Positions 9,920 through 19,764 of a DNA stretch of 64,000 nt are shown one piece after another (the first letter of the stretch is position 1; every line of letters begins with the position of its first letter). The notes beneath the pieces are model-generated. The model searched no databases and was not told the origin of the DNA. It saw only the letters and a list, made by a program, of their open reading frames with translations. A program made the position numbers and the translations under genes. Origin of the DNA: an uncultured virus (IMG/VR IMGVR_UViG_3300032605_001371) (taxonomy: Duplodnaviria > Heunggongvirae > Uroviricota > Caudoviricetes); the IMG/VR virus record IMGVR_UViG_3300032605_001371; one strand, 5' to 3'.

Positions 9920-9958
9920 GAAAAGGGGACAGAAATGTCCCCTTTTCTATTGCTTTTT
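9920..9958 (+). terminator. Intrinsic terminator after the capsid gene
   Basis: GAAAAGGGGACA-GAAA-TGTCCCCTTTTC hairpin followed by a T-rich tail. Confidence 0.85.
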
Positions 9959-9997
9959 ATTCCGTTATGATAAATAATATTACTGAAAGGTGATATT

Positions 9998-10777
9998 ATG
10001 TTCAAAGAAAATAAATATACTAAACACTACATGCTCCTTATTGAGAAAGCAAAAAATCGTACATTGCCAAAAGGGCAATACAAAGAACGACATCATATTA
10101 TTCCTAGTTCAATGGGAGGCAATGATGATAAAGATAATAAGGTGTGGCTAACAGGAAGAGAACACGCACTTTGTCATTGGGCATTGTTAAAGATGACTGA
10201 AGGAGAAGACCGCGTCAAGATGTCATATGCGTTTAATGGGATGAACGCTGAAAATGAGTTTCAGCAAAGATACCACTCACGTATCATAACTAGAGCATAT
10301 GAAAAACATCGGATAGCACACGCAAAAACTCATTCAGAAAGAATGAAAGGTAAACCAGCTTGGAACAAAGGTCAAAAACTTGAAGGTGAAGAGTTAGAAA
10401 AACATAGAGAAAGAACACGCAACAGAAAGATAGATCCTGTTAAACAGGCTGAAGGACAGTTAAAAAGAATCGCTAAAGTAACTGGACAAAAACGCTCTGA
10501 AGAAACCAAATTGAAACAAAGTTTAGCACTCAAGGGAAAACCTAAGGGACCAATGAGCGAAGAACAAAAGATAAAACGTTCAATAAAGCAAAAAGGTGTA
10601 TCTAAACCAGAAGGATTCGGTGATAAAGTTGCTGTTAGGATGAAAGAAGAGTTCTCAAAAAATAATCCTAATAACAGAGAAGACTTAAAGAAAATTTGCC
10701 CACATTGTCATAAAACTTTTGGTCCCAGTAACTATTCTCGTTGGCACGGTGATAACTGTAAACAGAAAGACGTGTAA
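9998..10777 (+). CDS. HNH homing endonuclease (MobE/NUMOD3-like)
   Basis: YKERHHIIPSSMGGNDDKDNKVWLTGREHALCH; NUMOD3-like RSEETKLKQS repeats; C-terminal CPHC..RWHGDNC. Confidence 0.88.
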   Translation: MFKENKYTKHYMLLIEKAKNRTLPKGQYKERHHIIPSSMGGNDDKDNKVWLTGREHALCHWALLKMTEGEDRVKMSYAFNGMNAENEFQQRYHSRIITRAYEKHRIAHAKTHSERMKGKPAWNKGQKLEGEELEKHRERTRNRKIDPVKQAEGQLKRIAKVTGQKRSEETKLKQSLALKGKPKGPMSEEQKIKRSIKQKGVSKPEGFGDKVAVRMKEEFSKNNPNNREDLKKICPHCHKTFGPSNYSRWHGDNCKQKDV

Positions 10778-10823
10778 ACTGAATAACGAAGAAGAACCAA
10801 TAACCGAATACTGGAAACCTCTA

Positions 10824-11381
10824 ATGAAAATTTCTGAAATGACCATGAAAGGTCCGGATCTTTCGCTACAAGCAGAACAATTTGCAAACAAGAACAAAGA
10901 TCATTGGTATAAACACGGAAAGCATATAGCCGACATAGAAAACTATAAGGTTTTACAAGACGGAATTTATTATTCTATGTGGAATGATACAACCCTAATT
11001 GCTTGTTGCTCACTATCTGATAATGATAACATCATCGATGATGTTTATGTCAGTCCTGAACACAGGGGTAATAAACTTTTATCCATGATGTTATGGTTTT
11101 TTAAAACTAGGCTGAACCGTTCACCGTTAATGATAGGGCAAGTACATTCTAAAATGATGCAGGAAGTAGTTAAAGGATTGAGTAGATTTGACAAGTATTG
11201 GTATAATGTCAAAACTAATAAGAAAGAACCGTTCTCGTTAGATACATTAGATGATTATTATAGTTATTTTAATCCAACAGATTGGCGCCTCATACTAGAG
11301 AATACCGGAGACTTCTCAGCTTGGCCAATGTTTAGTGGAAATGGTTTTGTGATGGAATCATATTTACCGTATGTTGATTAA
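10824..11381 (+). CDS. GNAT-family acetyltransferase (putative)
   Basis: IDDVYVSPEHRGNKL resembles the acetyl-CoA-binding motif A; probable start MKISEM. Confidence 0.6.
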   Translation: MKISEMTMKGPDLSLQAEQFANKNKDHWYKHGKHIADIENYKVLQDGIYYSMWNDTTLIACCSLSDNDNIIDDVYVSPEHRGNKLLSMMLWFFKTRLNRSPLMIGQVHSKMMQEVVKGLSRFDKYWYNVKTNKKEPFSLDTLDDYYSYFNPTDWRLILENTGDFSAWPMFSGNGFVMESYLPYVD

Positions 11382-11432
11382 TTGTACGGTGATAACTGCA
11401 AACACCGATAAATAACTAAAACGGGGTTATTC

Positions 11433-11945
11433 ATGAGCGCAGACCTTTTCAGAACATACATTGACATAATCAATGAGAACAACAATCCTGACGATGACAG
11501 CAAGCTTGGTCCCACAAACTTTCAACGGTCTTTTTTCTCTGGTAAGGGACCGCAACTACCAGAACCAATGGAAATAGTAGACGATCCACAAGAGATTACT
11601 ACGCTAATACACAAAGCTTATAATACTCCAGATTCTGAAGAAGATCCTAACGCAGCCATCCAAGCTGCTGATGTTCGTAAAATAGTCAATTCTATTTTGC
11701 TTGATCTAGATCCATTGGAAGAACGCCTAGCTAGAATGGCTTTTGGTATCGGAGTCCCTGAAATGTCTCTAGAGCAGATAGGAGAAAAGCTTGGTATAAA
11801 CCGCGAAGGAATACGCCAACGACTGGATAGAGCATTGAGAAAAATTAGGTACCGAATATCAAAGAAATCAAATATAAAAAGTCCGTCTCGAAACAATAAA
11901 CCGATATATGGCGCCGCCCGTGATCCTAGAATCACAGGGTTATGA
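11433..11945 (+). CDS. Stand-alone sigma70 region-4 (HTH) domain protein
   Basis: LDPLEERLARMAFGI..EMSLEQIGEKLGINREGIRQRLDRALRKIR matches the RpoD region 4 pattern; no region 2 is recognisable. Confidence 0.8.
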   Translation: MSADLFRTYIDIINENNNPDDDSKLGPTNFQRSFFSGKGPQLPEPMEIVDDPQEITTLIHKAYNTPDSEEDPNAAIQAADVRKIVNSILLDLDPLEERLARMAFGIGVPEMSLEQIGEKLGINREGIRQRLDRALRKIRYRISKKSNIKSPSRNNKPIYGAARDPRITGL

Positions 11946-11960
11946 TGTAAACGGTTATAC

Positions 11961-12542
11961 ATGAAAATCCAAGAACTATTTGAATCGGTAGAAGATTTTG
12001 AATTTCCAGATCCTGAGAAATCACAAAAAACTCAGATTAGTGGAACCGCTCCTACCTATACAAAAGCTAAGGCACATTTAGATACTCACTCTGCGCATGG
12101 TAAAGTTTTGGATTTCGGTGCAGGGTTAGGACACGGTAGTCACATTCTTGGTGCAGATACTTACGAACCATTTCCTAAAGGTAAGTTCACGCCTACGTAT
12201 GATCATGCAGCAGACATTCCTAATGACAGCTATGAAAAGGTAACGAACTTCAATGTACTGAATGTGGTTCCACCTAAGACCAGAAAAGAAATCGTAAAAC
12301 ATATTGGTAGAGTGTTGAAGTCTGGTGGCATAGCTCTGATTACAACGCGCGGAAGAGATGTTCTTGACGCTAAAGGTAAACCGGGTCCTGAGCCAATGAG
12401 CATTGTTACAAGTACCGGCACTTACCAAAAAGGATTTACTACAAAAGAACTACAGCAGTATGTAGAATCTGTGTTGGGTGATAAATTTGAGGTTTCTCCG
12501 TTTAAGCTGGGACCGGCCGGCGTTCTGATCAAGAAGTTATAG
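11961..12542 (+). CDS. Class I SAM-dependent methyltransferase
   Basis: KVLDFGAGLG motif I; YEKVTNFNVLNVV; RVLKSGG. Confidence 0.8.
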   Translation: MKIQELFESVEDFEFPDPEKSQKTQISGTAPTYTKAKAHLDTHSAHGKVLDFGAGLGHGSHILGADTYEPFPKGKFTPTYDHAADIPNDSYEKVTNFNVLNVVPPKTRKEIVKHIGRVLKSGGIALITTRGRDVLDAKGKPGPEPMSIVTSTGTYQKGFTTKELQQYVESVLGDKFEVSPFKLGPAGVLIKKL

Positions 12543-12544
12543 TC

Positions 12545-13123
12545 ATGAAGATTCAAGAACTCCTAAATGAATCAGAGTTAACAGAAGTAACACGTCCCGA
12601 TCAGCGGACGGCTGAGGATATTCTAGAAAAAGCAGGATATCAAAAATTAGGTCATGGGTTGTATGCTAACGTTTGGTGGAGAAAAGACAAATCCTACGTA
12701 TTAAAGTTGGTTAGCTCAGATGATAGAGCGTATGCGAGATATGTTAGAATGTGCATGTCCAATCCTAATCCGCATTTTCCGAAGTTTCGTGGGTCATTCA
12801 TGAGAGTCAATGATAACTATAACGCAATTCGAATGGAAAAGCTCAGTCCTGTAGTTAGAACTAGAGACATGTACGATATGGTGAGTGTGCTAGAGAGTTA
12901 TATATGGCATAGTGCTAAGCTGCTAAGCTGGCCGGCCAATCTGGAGCGTGATATTCAAGCTATGTATGTCTTAGAACAGACGCAGCCTGGTATAACTGAA
13001 GCGTGTGATCTTATCGCTACGTTACCTAAGGTAAATATGGATATGCATTTAGGTAATATCATGATGCGTGGGAAAACTATTGTTATAACTGATCCAGTGA
13101 CTGGTTATGAGCGCACTAGGTAA
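12545..13123 (+). CDS. Protein-kinase-like fold protein
   Basis: LGHGLYANV Gly-loop, VLKL lysine, DMHLGNIMMRG catalytic loop, ITDP. Confidence 0.7.
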   Translation: MKIQELLNESELTEVTRPDQRTAEDILEKAGYQKLGHGLYANVWWRKDKSYVLKLVSSDDRAYARYVRMCMSNPNPHFPKFRGSFMRVNDNYNAIRMEKLSPVVRTRDMYDMVSVLESYIWHSAKLLSWPANLERDIQAMYVLEQTQPGITEACDLIATLPKVNMDMHLGNIMMRGKTIVITDPVTGYERTR

Positions 13124-13145
13124 TTTTAGCTAAGAAAGCATTAAA

Positions 13146-13415
13146 ATGAAAGACAATGAAGTGATTGAAATTCTAGATGATGGTACGGTATACTACTTTG
13201 ATTTAGCAGTATGCGATCAGCAGGCAAATGCAGTAATCGAAGAACTTCTTGAAAAACAAAACACTGTTCCAAACTATGATTTTACTGCTACTATGTTTAG
13301 TCTGTTTGTAAAGTCAGTAGATTTTCTCAGAGAGGCTGGATGGCTGACCGAAGAATTAATTGATGAGATTGTAGATGCTAGTGAGTCGGGTGAGGAAGAC
13401 GAAGCCGACGACTGA
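13146..13415 (+). CDS. Small acidic hypothetical protein
   Basis: ORF in the operon; no recognisable motif. Confidence 0.55.
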   Translation: MKDNEVIEILDDGTVYYFDLAVCDQQANAVIEELLEKQNTVPNYDFTATMFSLFVKSVDFLREAGWLTEELIDEIVDASESGEEDEADD

Positions 13416-13443
13416 TTTTTCTAGTGAACTATAGTTCACTAGT

Positions 13444-13812
13444 TCACGCTATTCTAGTATCAGAATCCACTGACACGTTTAGAATAGATTTTCTTCCTGT
13501 TCTAGCTTTTTTGTTGTATAGTCTGGCGCAATTAGCACATAACGTCAGTAGATTCTTTTTGTTTTTGTTGGCTTTATTGCCGTCAGCAAAAACCAAATCT
13601 ATCTGACATAAATCTTCAGGCAAGAATCCACATTGCATACATGAGGTTTTCTTGTGTTGCAGATGTTTGAATCTATCATCATAAATTGCTTTTGCGCAGT
13701 CAACGCAATATCTATGCCATTTTTGAAATCCGTGCTTACTCTTGCCATTGGGTTTAGCAAGAGCGAATTTGCAGTGAGCACAGATAGGCCGTGTTGGTTG
13801 CTGCGTAATCAT
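13444..13812 (-). CDS. Zn-finger/HNH-like protein
   Basis: CxxC pairs and DGNKANKNKKNLLTLCANC resemble an HNH fold, but the catalytic His is not evident; TAAATA upstream on the minus strand. Confidence 0.6.
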   Translation of the reverse strand: MITQQPTRPICAHCKFALAKPNGKSKHGFQKWHRYCVDCAKAIYDDRFKHLQHKKTSCMQCGFLPEDLCQIDLVFADGNKANKNKKNLLTLCANCARLYNKKARTGRKSILNVSVDSDTRIA

Positions 13813-13921
13813 ACGTTGTATTTATAGATATGATGAAAATAAAGCACTCCTGCGATCTTTGATCCGGCTAGCCAAAATCTGACTATGCGATAAATACTAT
13901 ATCAGATACTGGGTTTGCGCT

Positions 13922-15415
13922 ATGACAGTAGAACTTTTTAATTCATATGGTGGCTTTTCAGTAGGCGTTCCACCTGTACAGGTGATCGATGCCAACGGTA
14001 ATGTAGTAACCAATGTCTTTACGCCAGGTAACGTAGCAGCTAATGTGTTCTACGCAAACACTTATCGTTACGCTAATGGTCAATCACTTACAATTAGTGC
14101 TGCTGGTAGTAATACGCAGGTTCAGTTCAACAATAACGGATCATTCGGTGCAGATCCATATTTCACATATGACAACTATTCACAATTGCTTTCCGTTCCT
14201 AAGCTTAGTGTAGCATATAACACCACGCTAGGTGACGTATCAAATGTTAGCATCGGCGGAGGAAATAACGGTTATTTCTTACAGACTGATGGCGCCGGAA
14301 ATCTGTCATGGGCAGTTGGTGGAGGCGGCGGCGGAAACGGTAATCCAGGCGGATCAAATACTGAGATTCAGTTCAATAACTCAGGATACTTCGACGGTTC
14401 ATCTGTATTTACATTTGATACTACTACAAGCACCCTAGCAGCACCTAATGCTAATATTTCTAATGTGCATACAAGCAATGCTACTATTGCGAATCTAACG
14501 GTCACTGGAAATACCACGAGTACGTATTATTTTGGTAATGCACACTATCTTGTTGGTGTTATTTCTGATACTGCAAATACCGTAACTGACAACGCTCAGC
14601 CTAATATCACTTCCGTTGGCAATCTCACAACATTGGTTGTCACTGGAAATATAGTTTCAGGGGATCAGATCAGTGGAGCAGGAGTACAAACATCAGGAAA
14701 TGTTAATGCAGGTAATGTGAATGTTACCGGAACATCATTTGTAGGTGGAACACTTAGCGCTACTGGTCTTGTCAATCTGATAGATTCTCCTAGCGTAAAT
14801 CTAGGATCAATATCAAATCTTCATATCTCCGGCGGACTTAGCGGTTATGTTATGACTACCGATGGATTAGGTAACTTGAGTTGGCAAGCTGGCGGAGGTG
14901 GCGGCGGAGGCAACGGCGAACCAGGCGGATCAAATACTGAGATTCAATATAATTTAAATGGACTGTTTGGTGCAAGTCCGTATTTCACATACGATGACTA
15001 CAGCAAAACGGTAACAATTGCTGGAAACTTAGTCGCTAACACATTGCAATTGGGCTCAGGTGTATATCAGTATTGCACTTCTGCTGTGTACTTCGCTTCG
15101 ACTGCAAGCACTGTTCCTAATCAAGTTTTATACAGTATTCCTGCAGGCAACATTTCAGGAGTAGAATTTAATATTATTGCTACAGACCAAAGTACACTAA
15201 CTAGGCAGTCATCAAAAATTACATCTATCGTTTATAATGGACAGGTGCAGTTCAACGAATATGCAGGGTTGCAGATCAATGGTGGTATAGGGTCATTTGA
15301 AATACAATATAATCCCGGAGACATCAGTAGTCCGCCGGCAGTGCAACTCAACGTTAGTCCAAATTCATCTTCGTCAATTATATACGGAATGTTGATTACA
15401 GTGTATTCGGATTAA
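13922..15415 (+). CDS. Tail/head fibre-like structural protein
   Basis: Repeated GSNT(Q/E)(V/I)Q(F/Y)N and L(Q/T)TDGxGNLSW motifs with Gly linkers; late promoter upstream. Confidence 0.7.
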   Translation: MTVELFNSYGGFSVGVPPVQVIDANGNVVTNVFTPGNVAANVFYANTYRYANGQSLTISAAGSNTQVQFNNNGSFGADPYFTYDNYSQLLSVPKLSVAYNTTLGDVSNVSIGGGNNGYFLQTDGAGNLSWAVGGGGGGNGNPGGSNTEIQFNNSGYFDGSSVFTFDTTTSTLAAPNANISNVHTSNATIANLTVTGNTTSTYYFGNAHYLVGVISDTANTVTDNAQPNITSVGNLTTLVVTGNIVSGDQISGAGVQTSGNVNAGNVNVTGTSFVGGTLSATGLVNLIDSPSVNLGSISNLHISGGLSGYVMTTDGLGNLSWQAGGGGGGGNGEPGGSNTEIQYNLNGLFGASPYFTYDDYSKTVTIAGNLVANTLQLGSGVYQYCTSAVYFASTASTVPNQVLYSIPAGNISGVEFNIIATDQSTLTRQSSKITSIVYNGQVQFNEYAGLQINGGIGSFEIQYNPGDISSPPAVQLNVSPNSSSSIIYGMLITVYSD

Positions 15416-15474
15416 CACAAAATAGATAAATAATATAAAATAGGAAAAACATAGGAAAAACAAAGGAAAAACAA

Positions 15475-18400
15475 ATGGCCATTAAATCTTTAAATTCAGT
15501 AGCAGGTTTCTCGGTAGGAGAAACACCTTCCAATATTATATTGGCTAACGGAGACATCACCACGACGAACATAACTACTACTGGTGTAGCCAATCTCAAC
15601 TCGATCGGTAACGTCAAAATTACTGGTGGGATGTCTGGGCAGGTCATCTCCACTGATGGTACTGGAAACTTATCATTCACTACAGTAGGTACTGCATCGC
15701 TGTCCAATGGTACTAGTAATATACAGGTAATTAATAATGGTAATATCAACTTCAGTAGTGCAGGAAATGCCAACGTAGTTGTAATTACTGATACCGGAAT
15801 AAATGTATCCGGTACATCTGATGTAACTGGAACGTCAAATACTGCTAATCTAAATGTTTCTGGATTAAGCAATTTAGGCGCAGTAGGCAATTTAACTATT
15901 ACCGGTGGTTCATCAGGTTACTATTTGCAAACAGACGGGTCAGGCGGCCTATCTTGGGAAGCAGTAGCAACCGGAAACGCTATTAGTAACGGTTCCTCTA
16001 ACATCACTGCAGGCACAACTGACGGTAACATTACCGTTTCTATTGGCGGCACTGCTAATACTGTGACATTTACTAGTACTGGTGTTAATATTGCAGGTTA
16101 TGCAGATCTAGGTTCTGGTGCACTAACTACTACAGGAAATGCAAATCTAGGTAATATTGGTACAGGTTTTGTTGGCGCGACAGCGAACGTAACTGCACCG
16201 CAATTTATATCAAACGCTGCAACTGGTACTGCACCGTTTACAGTGGTGTCAGTAACTCGCGTTGCTAATTTAAACGTAGCAAATGCCGGATTCGCCGATG
16301 CTGCAACTAACGCAGCCGCAGTACAGACAAATGCTTCAACTGCAACTACGGTATACCCTACATTCGTAACTGCGTCGACCAATGCAAACTATTCATTGAA
16401 TACAGTTTCTGGTATCAGTGCTAACTTATCAAATAACTCGATCACGGCAACTACTTTTGTCGGATCGCTTTCAGGTACTGCAACAGCAGCAACTAATGCC
16501 GCAGCAGTGCAAACCAACACTTCTACTAGCTCAACTGTGTATCTGACTGGTACTACGTCAAGCTCAAATGGTAACAGCGCACTTAATATTGTAACTGGTA
16601 TTACTGCAAACTACGCCAACAACGCAATTACATCTACAACATTTGTTGGTAATTTAAGCGGCAACGTGATCGGAAACATTCAAGGTATTCTTGCAAATGG
16701 TACGTCAAACGTTGCAATTCCTACTGCAAGCGATAATGTGAACATCTCTGCTGCTGGTACTGCAAATGTTCTTGTTGTTACGGGTACTGGTGCAAACATC
16801 ACAGGTACAGCAAACGTATCTGGAAACGCAAACGTTGGTAACTTAGGTACTGCACAGGTACTCGCAACCGCAAACGTCACTGCACCTCAGTTAATATCTA
16901 ATGTTGCGACTGGTACTGCTCCATTAGTTGTATCATCCACAACTCAGGTACCTAACTTATTTGTTGAACGAGCAAACGTTAGTATGTATTCAAACGTTAC
17001 TGCGGTCACTGGTGGTACTTATTATCCGCAGTTTACTAGCGCAACTTCAGGTAATACTCAAACTGCTGCAAATTCGGCGTATACTGCTAACGTAGCAAAC
17101 GGATCGTTCTCCGCAACTACGTTTGTAGGTAATCTAACTGGCGCACTTGCAAATGGTAATTCAAATGTTAACATTCCAAGTGCTAATGGCAACGTTAATA
17201 TCTCTGCTACCGGCACTGCCAACGTACTTGTTGTAACTGGCACAGGTGCAAACATCACAGGTACTGCAAACGTATCTGGAAATGCCAATGTCGGAAACAT
17301 TGGTGCAACTAATGCTGTTGTATCTAACGCAAACGCATCAGTCGGTGTCAACACACCAAACGTAACAAGTTCAACATCACTAACATTAACTGCAACAAGT
17401 GGCAATGTTAATCTTTCTGCTACTAGCGGAAATGTTGTTCTTAATAATGTTCAGATTAAGGAAGTTTCTAACCCAACTGCTGCACAGGACGCCGCTACAA
17501 AATACTACGTTGATAACGCAGTTGCAGCAGGAATTGATATTCACCCAGCAGTAGTTGATGCCTCAGACACTAACCTATCTGCAACATATGCCAATGGCGG
17601 TACAACTCCTACTTGGACAAGCATCACCGGCGGCAACACACTTAATACAGGTTCTGCTCACGGCTTGTCTGTAAACGATGTCATCGTATTCAATACAGGC
17701 ACAACGGGAACAGGATTGACTGCTGGTACACCATATTTCGTCCAGTCAATTGTTTCGTCAACTGCGATTACGGTATCGTTAAATTGGAGCGGTGATGCAG
17801 TAGCATTAACAAATGGTACAGGTCTAACGATTACATCACTTGCAAATGCGGGTGTTGGCGCAACACTAACATCAACTGGTACAGGCCCACTTGTAATTGC
17901 AGGATATACTGCTGCACTCAATGACAGAATTCTTGTTGTTGGACAGTCAACTGCTTCACAAAACGGTGTGTATTATATCTCACAGGTTGGTGTTGTAAGT
18001 TCTACTCCATGGATTCTAACTCGCGCAACTGACGGCAACACATATATTCTAGATAGCGCAGCAGGACTTGACACTGGTGCATATTTCTTAGTAACAAGCG
18101 CCAGTGATGGAGGTGCAGCATATGTTCTAAGTACTACCGGAACAATTGTGTTTGGTACTACTAATTTAACATTTGCTCTGTTCTCACAGACTCAGGTATA
18201 CACCGCTGGTACTGGATTAACACTTGCATCCAACTTACAGTTCAGCATCACTAATACTACAGTACCTTCTGGTAGTTATGGTAATGGAGACGCAGTTGCA
18301 ACATTTACTGTTAACGGTCAAGGACAATTAACTGCCGCCTCTAATGTTTCAATCACCGCAAATGCTGCCAATCTGACAGGTAATACTCTTGCATCGTCTA

Positions 18401-19722
18401 TTATTAACTCAAGCTTAACGAGCGTAGGTACTCTTGGATCACTATCTGTAACCGGAAATGCGACCGCTGGTAACTTTGTAGGGCGTCTAGCAAACGGAAA
18501 CTCAAACGTCAATATTGCTGCTGCAAATGGTAACGTAACCATCGCCGCAGTAGGTACTAACATCGTAACTGTAACTGGCACTGGTGTTAATATTGCAGGC
18601 TATGCAAACTTAGGCAGCGGAGCATTTACTACTACTGGTAACGCGAACGTTGGTAACTTAGGTACCGCACAAGTACTTGCAACTGCAAACGTAACTGCTC
18701 CGCAATTAATCTCAAACATTTCAACTGGTACTGCTCCGTTCGTCGTGACCTCAACTACTCAGGTAGCAAATCTAAACGTTGCTACTGCAGGAAGTGCTAC
18801 TAACGCAGCAGCAGTACAGACCAACACTTCTACTAGCTCTACTGTATATCTTGCTGGTGTAACCTCTTCTTCAAACGGTAATAGCGCACTTAACATTGTG
18901 ACAGGTATTACCGCTAATTTTGCATCAAATACTATATCTGCTACTACATTTACTGGTACATTAGCAAACGGCAACTCAAACGTAAATATTCCTGCTGCTA
19001 ACGGCAATGTCAATATAGCTGCTGTCGGTAATACAACATTAGTTGTTACTGGTACTGGTGCGAATATAACAGGTACTGCAAACGTATCTGGTAACGCAAA
19101 CGTAGGTAATTTAGGTACAACTACTGCAATTATCACTACTGGTAATATTACTACTATAAACAGTGGACTATTGCAAAACGGAACAACCAACGTAACAATT
19201 GCATCCGGCGGCAATGTTTCTACGTACACAGGTGGCAACTCTACTGCTCAGTTTGTAATTGCATCTACTGGAGTCAATGTTGCAGGTTATGCGAACGTTG
19301 CAGGAAACGTATCTGCTGGTAATATAAGCTCAGCCGGTTCTGCAAACATAAGCACCACCGCAAACGTAGGTACTAGTGTCGTCTTAGGCAACACTTCGGT
19401 TACTACTACTATAACCTGGGGCTCTGTTACTACAACCTCAGTTACAGCAAACCAAACAATTGCAAGCTTCTCAGTAACTGGTGTAACTGGTGTAGAATTC
19501 CTAGTTAAAGGAATCGATTCTGTTGGTGGCAAGTACAGCATGTCAACTGTACATGCAGTAACAGATGGTGCTAACGTTGACTGGGTGGTATACGGCGGAG
19601 CATACTTAGTAAGTACTACTGGTTCTCTATCAGTTAATATATCAGGTTCTACGATTCGTTTGGCTGTTACACCAGCCAGCAGCAACTCAACTGTTTGGAC
19701 AACACAGTATAGATTAGTTTAA
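15475..19722 (+). CDS. Long fibre-like structural protein (1415 aa, Asn/Gly/Ala/Thr/Val repeats)
   Basis: Recurrent LANGNSNVNIPAANGNVNI and GNANVGNLG units; PTAAQDAATKYYVD; DRILVVGQSTASQNGVY fibre motif. Confidence 0.75.
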   Translation: MAIKSLNSVAGFSVGETPSNIILANGDITTTNITTTGVANLNSIGNVKITGGMSGQVISTDGTGNLSFTTVGTASLSNGTSNIQVINNGNINFSSAGNANVVVITDTGINVSGTSDVTGTSNTANLNVSGLSNLGAVGNLTITGGSSGYYLQTDGSGGLSWEAVATGNAISNGSSNITAGTTDGNITVSIGGTANTVTFTSTGVNIAGYADLGSGALTTTGNANLGNIGTGFVGATANVTAPQFISNAATGTAPFTVVSVTRVANLNVANAGFADAATNAAAVQTNASTATTVYPTFVTASTNANYSLNTVSGISANLSNNSITATTFVGSLSGTATAATNAAAVQTNTSTSSTVYLTGTTSSSNGNSALNIVTGITANYANNAITSTTFVGNLSGNVIGNIQGILANGTSNVAIPTASDNVNISAAGTANVLVVTGTGANITGTANVSGNANVGNLGTAQVLATANVTAPQLISNVATGTAPLVVSSTTQVPNLFVERANVSMYSNVTAVTGGTYYPQFTSATSGNTQTAANSAYTANVANGSFSATTFVGNLTGALANGNSNVNIPSANGNVNISATGTANVLVVTGTGANITGTANVSGNANVGNIGATNAVVSNANASVGVNTPNVTSSTSLTLTATSGNVNLSATSGNVVLNNVQIKEVSNPTAAQDAATKYYVDNAVAAGIDIHPAVVDASDTNLSATYANGGTTPTWTSITGGNTLNTGSAHGLSVNDVIVFNTGTTGTGLTAGTPYFVQSIVSSTAITVSLNWSGDAVALTNGTGLTITSLANAGVGATLTSTGTGPLVIAGYTAALNDRILVVGQSTASQNGVYYISQVGVVSSTPWILTRATDGNTYILDSAAGLDTGAYFLVTSASDGGAAYVLSTTGTIVFGTTNLTFALFSQTQVYTAGTGLTLASNLQFSITNTTVPSGSYGNGDAVATFTVNGQGQLTAASNVSITANAANLTGNTLASSIINSSLTSVGTLGSLSVTGNATAGNFVGRLANGNSNVNIAAANGNVTIAAVGTNIVTVTGTGVNIAGYANLGSGAFTTTGNANVGNLGTAQVLATANVTAPQLISNISTGTAPFVVTSTTQVANLNVATAGSATNAAAVQTNTSTSSTVYLAGVTSSSNGNSALNIVTGITANFASNTISATTFTGTLANGNSNVNIPAANGNVNIAAVGNTTLVVTGTGANITGTANVSGNANVGNLGTTTAIITTGNITTINSGLLQNGTTNVTIASGGNVSTYTGGNSTAQFVIASTGVNVAGYANVAGNVSAGNISSAGSANISTTANVGTSVVLGNTSVTTTITWGSVTTTSVTANQTIASFSVTGVTGVEFLVKGIDSVGGKYSMSTVHAVTDGANVDWVVYGGAYLVSTTGSLSVNISGSTIRLAVTPASSNSTVWTTQYRLV

Positions 19723-19764
19723 TGATTAATGATTTTTCTCCGAATAAATAACTGAGAATAAATT

